Assembly (NCBI GenBank): GCA_951406725.2
Contig: OX597831.1
Location: 42,160,001-42,224,000 of the forward strand
DNA from: Octopus vulgaris
Taxonomy: Eukaryota
Direction of reading: 5' to 3'
Length of the DNA: 64,000 nt
Position 1 is the stretch's first letter; each line of letters opens with the position of its first letter. Positions 9,411-23,420 of this stretch are shown one piece after another. Made by a program: the position numbers and the translations under genes. The notes beneath the pieces are model-generated. The model was given only the letters and a program-made list of their open reading frames with translations, searched no databases and was not told where the DNA came from.

Positions 9411-11554
9411 TAAACGGGAGCTGCTCTGTGGTAGTTCGAAATCGCAGTCAAATTCTTCATATAAAACAAAGGGGACTACACATTGGTTATTGTTAGCTAT
9501 ACATGATGGCAAAGAGCATGAATGTCACTTAGTCTCATATATTCTGTCTTTGCTGCGAAATCAAAAGTAAAACTGACTCAAATTTCTAGTGAGGCGAATA
9601 TGCGTTTCGTTTTCTGATTCTAGCCATTATTTTCCCTTCTCGTCAATGAATAATGCTTTGAGAAATGTATGAATGTCATCTAATCACCTTCCCTTCCTTA
9701 CTCTGTAAAATGATGCATTGTACTTGCGAGAGAGGTTCATCGACGCTGTCGTCGTAGTCATCGTTTCATGACATGATCGAAGCGATTGATTAATTAAATA
9801 TTAAATACCAGGCAATATTTTAGTCCACTTCGGGATCCGAGTTCAAATCCCACGGGAGGAATTGAATTTTGCCTTTGAAGCATTTGGAATGAGTCAGGAT
9901 GACTTGCTAAATGAATAGCAGACATGTATTGACGCCGATTTCAATCGGTAATACACTTCATCCTCTGTCACACCTTAGAGGTTTGTGACCTTGTTGTGCC
10001 AATGTGAAAAAAATTGTCATCACCACCATCATCATTTTGTTTAACCCCAGTTTAGCCCTGATGACGAAATAAACCTGTGATCATATAAGCATTCCAGTTC
10101 GTCTTTTATTCAGACACATTATAACCGGTTGGATAGAGATGGGAGGGAAATTTGGTTGTTTCTAGTTAGTCATGCGATCGCGTACACCTTCCCCACTTTT
10201 TGGACAAACATCAATTCCTCCTACACACATTCTCTGAACCGTTTCATACATTTGTGATTATGATTGTTGCTATTTTGTAGCAATAATCAAACATATCCTT
10301 GAAGATAGCTATGGAGAAAAGTGGAGTTAGAAGCCTGTAGCCTTCGGCAAAGAATTCTTGTTGCATATTATTGTATTTACGTTCGAAACTCCGAGACTTG
10401 CTCATTTCTAAGGAAACAGAAATCACTCTAACGCACTCTATCTTCTAATCACTAATTGGATATCTTTTCTGTGACCTTCAGAATGCTACAACATAATATG
10501 TTACTCCCCACTTAATCCCATCGATTTGTTGGATCAATATCGTTTCATTTTATGATTGCAGTTTTGTTTCCTCGCTTTCTCTCTCTTATTGCTGTGTGTG
10601 TGTGTTTGTGTATGTGTGTTCTACCTATTTTCAATAGACCTTATCAAGCCAGAGGAGTTATTTTGTCGTCCTCGAACAAGAGACCGTATATGCTATCGTT
10701 TAAGACCCACTAGTTAGCTCCGTTTAAACTGATTTATTGTCAAAGCGTTCCACTCATAACCTTCCTAGCTTATTTTCACAGAGTGTATTTAGGGCTTCCT
10801 TCTACAATGTGTTTATTCCATTTTATTTTTTTAAGATGGTAATGTGTAGTTTGTAGGGGATTTGGCTGTTATTTCTAACTATTAGAACGACTACATAGAG
10901 GCTCCATCATTGGTTCGTGAAGTTCACAAATTGTTACGAGCAGAGATACAACCGAAATAAGTCGTCAACTCACAGACAGACACTACCACAAATTGTGTCA
11001 GAACGAAGAACTCTTTACAAATTCGCTCGTTTCGCTAGAAACAGCAACGAGATTCCGTTCGCATCACACCTCACCGGCTCCTAAGCTTCTAAGAAAGAAA
11101 GGACTTGCTGCGTAAAGTCTTCCGAGATGCATTATGTTTGTTTGGCGGATGTGTGTGTGTGAGGGAACTTGATATTAACGACTGGAATTGCATAAAGCTA
11201 CTAAACCAGCTGATTTTGGGTTAAAGCAACATCAGTAAAGGCGGAAAATGTGTAGGCTAGTGACACGGGAAGTTAAGATTTTAATGCATTTTCGGACAAC
11301 TTTTGCAGTAAAGTATTTGTAAGTGAAATGCCTATATAACGGTAATCGAAACCCAATGACATATTTACTGCGCTTTTGCTATCGTGTGGTAGATCTGTAA
11401 ATCTGTATGATGGTAGAAATGGTTTTTCGGTTATAGATATCTTTGTGAGCGTTGATTCTGTAATGTATATTGATTTCCCGCGCATTTCATACACTTACGT
11501 AATTTCGGGTGTGCTCAGATCAGCTGTGAGTTTTCTTTTTAAGAATAATAATAA

Positions 11555-11775
11555 TCCTTTCTACTCTAGTGACACAAGATCTGAAATTTTTTTGAGGTAG
11601 GGGCCTAAGTCAATTACTTCGACCACAGTACTCAACCGGTACTTATTTTATCGGCCCTGAAAAGATGAAAGGCAAAGCCAACCTCAGCGGAATTTGAACT
11701 TAGAACGTAAAGACGGATGAAATGCCACTGAGCATTTTACCCGGCGTGCCAGCAATTCTGCCTGTTCGCCACTCT
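11555..11775 (-). mobile_element. SINE family B copy (a second partial copy lies at 11790-11960)
   Basis: Matches the 3490-3719 copy. Confidence 0.8.
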
Positions 11776-11970
11776 AGACGATAATGATGATCTTTCTTAC
11801 TATAGGCAGAAGGCCTGAAAATTGGGGGAGGAGGAGGGGTCTAGTCGATTACATCGATCCCAATGCTCAGCTGATTGGATGAAATGTAAAGTCGACTTAA
11901 GCGGGTTTGAACCTAGAATGTTGTCGATGCTGCGTGTCATTTTGTCCGATACTACAATAGGATTTTGGTG

Positions 11971-12139
<169 letters not shown>

Positions 12140-12140
<1 letters not shown>

Positions 12141-12360
12141 AGAGTAAGCACATAAATGCGAAACAAGGTGGAGAAAATAGTACTCGAATACCGTAGGTAG
12201 AGTAATATGCTTTATTAAAAAACAAGCAAAAATATCACAAAAACTGTTACTCAGAGTTTATGTCCCGTTAGTCGGACAGTTTTGATTCGAAACAAAACTG
12301 TCCGACGAACGGGACATAAACTCTGAGTAACTATTTAAAAATATTTTTGCTGCTTTTTAA
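12140..12360. mobile_element. Fold-back Penelope-like remnant
   Basis: 39-bp arms at 12246-12284 and 12293-12331 (one mismatch) plus outer arms spanning 12215-12360. The arm carries a decayed hammerhead-like CCGACGA...AAACUC. Confidence 0.55.
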
Positions 12361-13529
12361 ATATATATATATATATTCGTTGATTCTATTTAATCAAGAA
12401 CTTGATATTTAATTGGTATTTATGATATGAACCCGGAAGTTTGAAAGACTAAATGGAATTCCTCTTGTATTTCAACACGTAACGAATAAGGGACGTAACT
12501 AAATAATGCAAAGCTTTTTGCACGCCAATCCAACGATTCTGCCACCCACCGCCTAATAATAATAATAAATGTATTATTGTATTGATATCGCGAACAAGGT
12601 CCTTCTGCTGACGTGATGGAAAAAATGGGGTCACATGTAAGATAATACATTCCAAGACACGAAGCTTAAAAGGTTTAATTTAGACTGCATTATAATGTCA
12701 TACGCCTATCAACTTGAAAAATTCCACACACACACCCACACGTGTGTACATACATACACACACCTATATCCATCCATTTGAATATACGTATAAAAAAATG
12801 TACGCGGGTCTATCTATCTATTTATCTATCTGTGTGTGTGTATGTGAAATACGAACGATGTCTGTGATTTTGAATAATGATACTAAATGTTCTATTCTAG
12901 GCTGTAGCTCACCTTATTTATAAATGTAAAATTTATTATCGATCTGTAGGTGGCATTAATTATATTCACTGCTCACTGGGCCTATTGTGGTCTGTGTATG
13001 TATGTATGTGTGTGTGTGTGTACGTATGTAACAAGTGAAGAATCGAGTTTTACACACACACACATGAATATATGCTTCTGTGTATGTGTATATACTGTTG
13101 TGTCTGGGGAGAGTTATATATATGTATATATATATATATATATAATTATTCAAATTGGACGATTATACACAGATATGTAATTCAAATAATTATATACGAA
13201 GGAGAACTGGCATACATAATGTGTATTACGTATGCTCTTTGTAATTATTTGTATTCCGAATATTTTAAAGTATTTTATTCCCCGCTGTTTTTTTTGTTTT
13301 TACATTCCTCACCTGATTTATTAATGTAAAATGTATTTATTATCGATTTGTGAATATCATTAATTATATCCTCAACTCTCTTTTCTGTGTGTGTGTGTGT
13401 GTGTGTATGTATATATATGTGCATGTATATATGTAGATATGCTTGTTTATGATAAAATTGAATGCTTTTTATATGTATGCACACATCGAATACTTAATGA
13501 AGGTTACACCCTCCTTCGCATCAGGTGAG

Positions 13530-13565
<36 letters not shown>

Positions 13566-15449
13566 GAGAAGTGAGTTACTTCGAAGTTTCGCCTGGTAAA
13601 TATTTTTTTACTTTGAGAAACCTCGAAATGCATCCCTTAAATAAAAACTCACTTCTCACGTCGAGTTTTATACTATTATATATATAAGTATGCATGTGTG
13701 TATATGTACGTGCGTATGTACGTATGCATATTGTGTGCGCGCGCGCGAGTTGTAGTCAGCTGCTTCTTGTGGTAGGCTTAGGATTTTGAACAAAGAGTTG
13801 GGTGGTGGGAAATTTAACTGATCGATAGAGGTCTTGTATGTATTGAGTGGTTTCTTCACTCTAATGCCGTGTGATCGTTCACCTTTTACAGCTGAGATGT
13901 AACACACACACACACACATACACAAGTATGCACACACATACACTCAAACATGTAAATTGCCAGTTTGAGATAGATATATTATGCTAATCTTTACCTTTTC
14001 TTCTTATGTAAGTTATTTAACGAGTGTAATATCAATAAATAATAGGACACATTAGTCTCTTCCCACCAACCCTTGGTAAATCTCCCTCGGTTTTTCTCGT
14101 CTTTTAATGCGGGCTGGTGACGGAATAAAATAACTATTAAACGACACTAATTGTTGCTGTTTTGTTCATTCTCAGATTGATTCTGATGGAGCAGATACCT
14201 ATGACCAAAATAACCTGGGGTTAAACAGCTTCCATCACTACAGTTTTGTGTGGAACCTCTTCGTAATAATTCGATTTACTAGAAAAATGAGCCAGTATTT
14301 TTTTTTTTTTCAAAGAGTGTAAGGGATGATTTGAGGTGGATTTGGCTACTGGTCCTGCCTGGTTTAATGTTTTCTAAAGGGGTTCCTTCTTGTCCAGAAA
14401 CGAGACGAATTGTTGGTTACGGTTGTGGTCTGTAGTAACACACACATACCAAAATATTAAGATCTATGTTAGAAAATATCAGTTCTTAATGTGGTTTTTG
14501 TGTAAAAAATAAATAAATAAATAAATGACCCTCACTCCCTAAATATCTAACTCACTCTTAATTATTATTTTCCCATTGCGCATATAGAGGTTAGTTACCT
14601 GTGTTAAGTAGATTTAAAATATTCGCTCACCGATTTAATCATTGTATGTGCACATACATACATACATCATACATACGTATACGAACACACATATGTATGT
14701 GTACACATACGTATATTTGTATTTGTACAATTACCTTTCTTATGTGTGTTTTGTGTCCTCCAATGGAAACCAGCATTGCTGGGTCACACGATTCAAAAAC
14801 ATCTGGTCGCAGTATAATTAAAGGTGAATCTTGACGTTTCTAATTCTTATCTATCTCTGTCAGGTACTAATTAACATTATATATTTCCTCTCATTCTTTT
14901 CTCCTTTTCATTCATTCGAAGAATATTTAAAATTAAACAACGGAAAACAATAAAATGTTGGCACTTTGTTTCATCGATTTACATGGAACTAAACGGCCGT
15001 CACCACAGCAATCTTAGTGTTACCTACGAATATAGTTCCACTTGGTCGTTAGACTTGCCAGAAATAACAGACAAATCTCCATCGAGCCTGTCTTTGTGTT
15101 CCTATGTACAATGTGGATGCTGGTTGAGAGGAGGGGACTCTTTTATTTGAATCTATTCTAAGTATTGCATATTTGTGAATTTGGCTTCATGCTTGGCTAG
15201 GAGGTAAATTTTTCAGGAAATCTTGCTTGCAATAGAGTAGTGGTTTCCTGTCTTTGGAGGGAAAGTATTGGTCATTTGAAAACCAATGCCTTGAAAACTG
15301 ACATGCAAATTATCGGTCCCTTATGAGCCTTAACAAGGTTTTCAGTGTGCACCACTCACCCACTCCACTGAGAGTGGATTTGTAATTTACTACATCTCTA
15401 TGTCAGCTTTTTTGTTTGTTAGCCTGATGCAGTATTGTAATGCTTTTTC

Positions 15450-17311
15450 ATGATTTGGCTGAATCATTAGAGAATTAGACAAAAATGCTTTGCCATATTC
15501 TGATTTGTTACATTCTGAGTTCAAATCCTGCTGAGGTCAGTTTTGCTTTTCATCCCTCCAGGGCTATGAAATGACACATCAGTCAAGCACAGGATTTGTT
15601 GATACTGACTAACACCCTTTCCCTCAAAATTGTGGGCCCTTGTGCCTGCAGAAATCATTTCTTTTTCTTCTTTTGTATTGTTCTGCAGATGGGTGGATTT
15701 GGTGGAGTGTTAGAGAAAATGTCTTCACAATACTGTATTTGTTTTGATTCTCTATGTTCTGGATTCTAATCCTGTTACGTTCAACTTTGTCATTCATTCT
15801 CCTAAAGTTGATAACTCTACCAGGCATGTACTGATGGTTGATATCATCAACTGTTCCCTCCCTCTGAATCTCAAGCCTTTGTGCTGATATAAAGTATCTC
15901 ATTGGTTGGTGATGGATTAGCAGAATCATTGGAGCATCAGACAAAACAGCTTGCAGTATTTATTCTGGTTCTTTATGTTTTGAGTTCAAATCCTGTCAAG
16001 GTCAACTTTGCCCTTCATCCTCTCAGAGCTGATAAAATAAAGTACTAGTCCAGTACTGGGCTTGATTTAATCAACTAAACCCTCTCCCCTCTAAATATCT
16101 GGTTTTTATGCTTATGTAGAAAATTATTATTTAGTTTTGTCTTCTTTACATTCCGAGTTTCAGTTACACGAAGGTCATAATTATCTTTTATTCTTCAGGA
16201 TGTCAATAAAATAAGCAACAGTTAATTATTGGTGAGATGGCAGAATGGTTAGTACATTAGATAAAATGCATAGCAGCGTTTCTTCTGAATTCAAATCCTG
16301 CCAAGGTCAACTTTGTCTTTCATCCCTTCAGGGTTGATATAATAAAAGTTCAGTCAAGAACTGGGGTCAGTGTAATCTTCTCAAAATTGCCTGCCTTGAA
16401 CCTTGCAATGAACTGGCATCCCATTCAAGAGTAAAGGGGTTATCTCAATCACTTATATACCATGGAAATTGGGTAACCAACCTTACACACACATCTGTGT
16501 GTATGTATGATTTATTAATTCTGAAATAAAATTCCTCAAGATAACAAGAAATATCTTATGTGCAAAATATTTAGGCGCAGGAGTGGCTGTGTGGTAAGTA
16601 GCTTGCTTACCAACCACATGGTTCTGGGTTCAGTCCCACTGCATGGCACCTTGGGGAAGTGTCTTCTACTATAGCCTTGGGCTGACCAAAGCCTTGTAAG
16701 TGGAGCTCAAGGTGTTAAAAGAAAAATTACTGTAGTTGACATAATCACCTACCTGTACTTTCTTTCCAAAATCTATAGACTTGTTTCTGCGTTAGAAATT
16801 GTAAGTCCTGCCAAGGTAGTTCTTTGTTTTGCATTCCTCCAGTGCAAATTATGAAAAGCACCAGTCAAGTAGTGGGGGCACTTTAATCCACTACTTCTTG
16901 CCACTAGCTCGTGACCTTGTTTCTATGTTAGAAATCCCTAATCCCACTAAGGTCAGCTTTGCCTTAATCAATAAAATAAAGTACCTGTTGAAGACTACGG
17001 TCAATACAATCATCTGTACCTTGATTCTAACATTTCTGGCCTTGTTTCTGTTACTACTACTACTACTGATAATAATGGTTTCAAATTTTGCCACAAGAGC
17101 AGTCATTTTGGGGGACGGTATGAGTGTATTACATCAACCCCAGTGTTCAACTGGTACTTATTTTATTGACCCCCCCAAAAGGATGAGAGGTAAAATTGAC
17201 CTTGGCGGAATTTGAATTCCGGATGCAGCGACAGGTGAAATACCGCTAAGCATTTTGTCTGGCGTGCTAACGATTCTGCCAGCTTGCTACCTCACCACCA
17301 CCACCACCACC

Positions 17312-17345
<34 letters not shown>

Positions 17346-17535
17346 ATAATAATAATGGTTTCTAATTTTGGTACAAGGCTAGCAAATTTTGCATTGACAT
17401 CAGTACTTGACTGATATTCTGTTTTATCGAACCCCTGAAGGGATGAAAGGCAACATCGACCTTGGTGGGATTTGAACTCAGAGTGTAAAGAGCCCTGGAG
17501 AAATGTTGCTAAGCATTTTGCCCAACATACTAACA
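15450..17535. repeat. Cluster of degraded SINE B copies (mostly +; minus copies at 17075-17535) with a SINE A head at 16574-16703
   Basis: Repeated gagttcaaatcctg...ggtcaactttg...ttcatcc...ataaaataaagtacc motifs with CpG decay. Confidence 0.75.
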
Positions 17536-17577
17536 ATTCTGCTAGCTTGTTGCTTTATAATAATAATAATGATGATA

Positions 17578-17739
17578 GGTGCAGGAGTGGCTGTGTGGTA
17601 AGTAGCTCGTTTACCAACCACATGGTTCTGGGTTCAGGCCCACTGTGTGGCACCTTGGGCAAGTGTCTTCTACTATAGCCTCGGGCTGACCAAAGCCTTG
17701 TGAGTGGATTTGGTAGACGGAAACTGAAAGAAGCCCGTC

Positions 17740-17784
<45 letters not shown>

Positions 17785-17996
17785 TTTGTGTGTTTGTGTT
17801 TGGCCTTTCAGCATCACTTGACAACTGATGCTGGTGTGATTACGTCCCTGTAACTTAGCGGTTCGGCAAAAGAGACTGATAGAATAAGTACTGGGCTTAC
17901 AAAAGAATAAGTCCCGGGGTCGATTTGCTCGATTAAAGGTGGTGCTCCAGCATGGCCGCAGTCAAATGACTGAAACAAGTAAAAGTGTAAAGAGTA
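17578..17996 (+). mobile_element. SINE family A, full length (tRNA head, central (TA)n, 3' module)
   Basis: A box tggctgtgtggtaag, B box ggttcaggccc, then ccttgggcaagt, a (TA)n spacer, and the tail gaaacaagtaaaagtgtaaagagta. Confidence 0.9.
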
Positions 17997-18349
17997 ATCA
18001 TTATTATTATTGCTTGCAAAGTGGTGAGCTGACAGAATCCTTAGTATGATGGATGAAATCATTGAGTTCACATATGTTTAATGGCATTGATTTCACATTC
18101 TGTTAATGTTGACCTTGCTTTTCATCCTTTTGGGGTTGATAAAAAATAAGCACTAGTTGAGCATTGGGGGTTGATGTAATCGACTAGCCCCCTCACCAAA
18201 AATCTCAGGCCTTTTTCCTATTTAAATATTTTATTGTTCAATAACTCAAATAAGTTGCTTTCCTCTTCAAAATCATAATAAAGAATTCTTTATGGGATTT
18301 GGGGGGTTAGATGAGTAGGGATTAATGGGATGATTTTTACTTTCTTTTA

Positions 18350-18712
18350 CATTGCTTACTCCCTAACCACATGGTTTCTGGTTAAGTCCCACTGAGTGAC
18401 ATCTTGGGCAAGTGTCTTCTTCTATTGCCCTGGGTCAACCAAAGCCTTGTGAGTGGATTTCTTATATGGAAACTGGAAGAAGCTTGGTGTGTGTGTGTCT
18501 CCTTGTCTTGATATTGTGTGGTTGTTGTAAATGATTGTTATTCATTACTGATATTCTGCATAAACATGTCTGACCCGAGGGGAAATATTACCTTACTTGG
18601 AAACAGGTAAGGGTTGGCAGCAGGAAGAGCATCCAGTTGTAGAAAATCTGCATCAATAAACTCCATCTAACTCATGCAAGCAAGGAAAAGTAGATGTTAA
18701 AATGATGATGAT
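18350..18712 (+). mobile_element. SINE with family A head and RTE-type tail
   Basis: A head, then (TG)n, then gggttggcagcaggaagagcatccag...ggaaaagtagatgttaaaatgatgatg. A similar copy lies at 20520-20880. Confidence 0.7.
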
Positions 18713-21489
18713 ACTCATAAAAGAAGGGCAGGACTTCTATGGCTGACAGGGCAGGGCCTCAAAGACATGTGAGGCAGGGTGTCTAGGACTGATAGGAAAG
18801 AGAAAATCTTATCCTTTGAGCTGATATCTGATTTGAATGCTTGCAAAGATTGAACTCTGTTAAAGTTACCCAAGGGCCATGTGTTAGTGTTTAGCTGGGT
18901 ACTGGGCTGGATGATGGATTAAGCTTAACACCCCAAAAGTAAGAACTGTTCTGTTACCAGGCTTTCACACACATTTTGTCTACTGTATTTCATTTACAAG
19001 GCTTTAGCTGATCCAAGGTTATGATAGAAGAGACTTGCTCAAGGTGCCACATGTTGGGAGGGAACTCCAAATCATGTAACTGTGAAATGAATTCCTTAAT
19101 GATACCACCATGCTTGCACCCTTATAACAGGAAAGACATGAACATCACAGCATATCTTTTATCTTTTACTTGTTTCTTTCGGTTGACTAAGGCCATGCTG
19201 TGGCATGAGTTTATAAAGGGTTTAATCAAACAAACTGACCTCAGTACTTATTTTGAAGTTTGGTACGTATTATGTCATTCTCTTTTGCTGAACCACTAAG
19301 TTGTAAGGATGTTACCAAACTAACACCATCTGTCAAGCAGTGGTGGGATACCAAGATACACACACACACACACACACAACAGGCTTCCACATAGTTTCCA
19401 TCTACCATATTCACTCACAAGACATTGGCCGATCCAGGGCTAAAGGCAAAAGACATTTGCTCAAGGATCCGTACAGTGGACTGAACCTGAAACCACATAG
19501 TTGCAAAGTAAGTTCTTAACCACACAGCCATGTCTGTGTCTAGGAGATAAATCTTTGATCAATAAAGTCTGCAATGCAAAGGCTGCAGCTATCTCACTTT
19601 CTCTGCTAAAGCTCTTGGGAAAGGCATGAATAATATAGCTTCTGTTTCTCATGCCTTGTTTTTCTTTCTTCACTTCTGGTTTCATTCCTGGTGCCTGTTA
19701 GATATAAATATGAAACTTCTTATCTATATGAAAATTATTATTACGAACTTGTAGAGCAAACAGGAAATCCTTTGTTTCAAGTTTTGTAACTCTGCTCCTA
19801 ATATCCAGTTTTGTCATATGTTGCAACCATCCTAGTTGGTGGTTCGTATTTCTGATATTTGGTCGACTGCAACTCCTAACACAAAGCTGTCATCATCATT
19901 TTCATTATGAGCCAGTGAGTGAGCCTCTTTGCAGTTGCTCAGCTTGCTAGAAATAACAGTGAATTTCTCTCAAACCACATCCTACTGTTTCAGAAGATGA
20001 AAAGACATGTTAGGGTAGTGAATGTTTATTTCATTTTTTCCTTTATCAGAAGTGATTTCTGATATGATCATGTGGATGGCTGCAAGAGCATTCCATTAAA
20101 AAGGCTAAAAAAAAAACAAAACAAAAAATGTTTCTGGTGTTCTGACTGGCTACAGTTGGAATGAATTTTCATGTCACTTTGATATTTGTGTTTTTAACAC
20201 TGCATGTCCTTAGGTCTGCCAATGGTGTATAAACATTGAATATGATATCTAGATAGCTATTTTCATTTGTGGTATTAGGTGTGGCCTATATCCTGAATTT
20301 GAGTCCCACTGCTGTTGACTTTGATTTTGAATCCTTCAATGTCTACAAAATAAAGTACCAGTGAAGTACCATGATTGATATAATTGACTGTACTCTGCAG
20401 CATAATTTGTGGGTCTTGTGCCTATGTTCTTCTGTGGACCTGCATTGAACATTAAGCATAATACCACATATTCTGTTAATTGTAAGGTTTGTGTGGAATT
20501 GTTCCATCATTATGTCTAAGGAGCTTGCTTTGTAACCACTTAGTTTTGGTTATTTATTCCACTGTGCAGCACCTTGGCCAAGTGTCTTCTACTATAGCCC
20601 TGGGCTAACCAATACTTATAGACACTAAAAGAAGTCTACTGTATGTATATAATGTGTGTGTGTGTGTGTGTGTGCATGTCTGTTTGTCTTGTCATTGTGT
20701 AATTGTTATAAATGAATATCATTTATTTCGAATATTTTGCAAAAACATATCTGACCATGGGGAAATATTATCTTGCTTGGAAACATGTAAGGATCGGCAA
20801 TATTAAGAGCAACCAGCCCTTCCTCATTGAGCTCTATCTGACCCATACTTGTATGGAAAAGTGGACATTATGATGATGTAATGACAGAAGGTCATGGATT
20901 TTGACAGGAAGAGAGAAATAGGAGTTAGTTGCTTTGATTCCTTCAAGAAACCTGGCTGGTATGTACTTCATTAACCTTAGCAGGAATTAAGCTCAAAACG
21001 TAAGGGAACGTTACTCGCTATCAAAAGTCAGTTCGTCCAATACTCTACCAATTCTACCAGCCACTGCTTTCTACAGACAGTAGTCACTATGTAATGATAA
21101 TCACCATATTTGCTGGCATAAAAGATGCCTGAGCATAATTATTAGATGCACCTCTATTTCAGCATTGAGCATTCAGGGGATAAAAAAAAAAAGGGTTTAA
21201 CATTTAATCCATTCACATCTGTCCCAAATATTCTAATTGCTTTATGTTCAAACTGGCCAGATGTGAACCCTTACACCTTATCTTACATCATTCTGAATTT
21301 TTTTCTACATCATTGAAATCTAGAAGCTACAAGATAATGAAGGAATAAGTCAAAACAACTAAGCATTACATTTGACTAATTATTACATCATTCAGATTAT
21401 TACACAAGCTAAATGCTAAGGAGTTAAAGCATGTAATACTTAAAGCAACTTCACATAGATAAAACCTTGATAAAACATATACATCTTGA

Positions 21490-21812
21490 GCAAGTGTCTT
21501 CTGCTATAGCCCCGGGCCGACCAATGCCTTGTGAGTGGATTTGGTAGACGGAAACTGAAAGAAGCCTGTCGTATATATGTATATATATATATGTATGTGT
21601 GTCTGTGTTTGTCCCCCTAGCATTGCTTGACAACCGATGCTGGTGTGTTCACGTCCCCGTCACTTAGCGGTTCGGCAAAAGAGACCGATAGAATAAGTAC
21701 TGGGCTTACAAAGAATAAGTCCCGGGGTCGATTTGCTCGACTAAAGGCGGTGCTCCAGCATGGCCGCAGTCAAATGACTGAAACAAGTAAAAGAGTAAAA
21801 GAGAGTAAAGAG
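21490..21812 (+). mobile_element. SINE family A, 5'-truncated
   Basis: Near-identical to the 17578-17996 copy. Confidence 0.9.
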
Positions 21813-22009
21813 TATCTTAGATATTTTTTGGACAGAAAGTGTGTCATATATGCCATCTAATATAGTATATGAAATATTCTAAGAGAGAAGTTTATAATAT
21901 TTCAATTTTAATTTTGATAAGTTAAGTATTTAGGTTTGTTATGGTAATATTATGTTACTGCAAACAGGGTACAAAACATGTTTCAATTCTACTCCCATTC
22001 ACGCATCTC

Positions 22010-22315
22010 TCATATAAACATACACACACTCACATACATATATATATACACTCACATACATATATATATATACACTCACATACATATATACACACACTCT
22101 CACATATATGCACACTTTCACATATAACATACCCTCTCACATATAACATACCCTTTCAAACACATATACACTCTCTCTCACACATATACACTCTCTCTCT
22201 CACATACACATATACATACTCCCTCACATGCACATATACACACCCTCTTGATTCACACATATGCACCCTCTCGCATACATATACACACTCTCTTGATACA
22301 TATGTACTCTCTTGC

Positions 22316-22346
<31 letters not shown>

Positions 22347-23420
22347 CACACACACACACTCTCTTGGTACATATGCACCCTCTCACAAACATATACACAC
22401 TCTTGATACACACATATATACTCTCATACAAATACATACACACCCTCTTGCATACACACATACATGCCCTCTCATATACATGCATGCATACTCACATATA
22501 CATACACACACACACCCTCTCACATACACATACACACCCTCTCACATACACACCCTCTCACATACACATACACACCCTCTCACATACACACTCACACACA
22601 CATACACACTCTCACATACATATACACACTCTCACACACACATACACACTCTCTCACATACACATACATACCCTGTCACATACAGACCCTCTCACATATA
22701 AATATACACACCTTCTCACATACACATATACACACCCTCTCACATATATATAGATACACCCTCTCACACATATACACACCCTTTCACATACATATATACA
22801 CTCCCTCTCACATACACATATGCACTTCCTGTCACATACGCATATACACTCCATCACATATATACTCCCTGTCACATACATATACATACCCTGTCACATA
22901 CATGTACACACCATGTCACATATGCACACCCTGTCGCATATATGCACACACCCTGTCATACATATACACACCCTCTCACATATACATGCACACCCTCTCA
23001 CATATACACACCCTCTCACATATACATGCCCTCTCACATATACATGCACACCCTCTCATGTACATGCACACCCTCTCACATGTACATGCACACCCTCTCA
23101 CATATACACATCCTCTCACATATACACACCTTCTCACATATACACACCCTCTCACATATACATACTCACCCTTTCACATATACATACACACCTTCCCACA
23201 TATACATACACACCCTCTCACATATACATACACACCCTCTCACATATACATGCACACCCTTTCACATATGCATGCACACCCTTTCACATATACATGCACA
23301 TCCTCTCACATATGCACACTCTCTCATACACACACCCTCTCACATGCACATATACACACCTTTCACACATATACACACTCTCTCACATATGCACACACAG
23401 TCTCACATACACACACCGTT
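22010..23420. repeat. Degenerate ~20-24 bp minisatellite (cacaccctctcacatatacatg)
   Basis: Read directly. It explains the His/Thr/Tyr-rich pseudo-ORFs. Confidence 0.9.
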
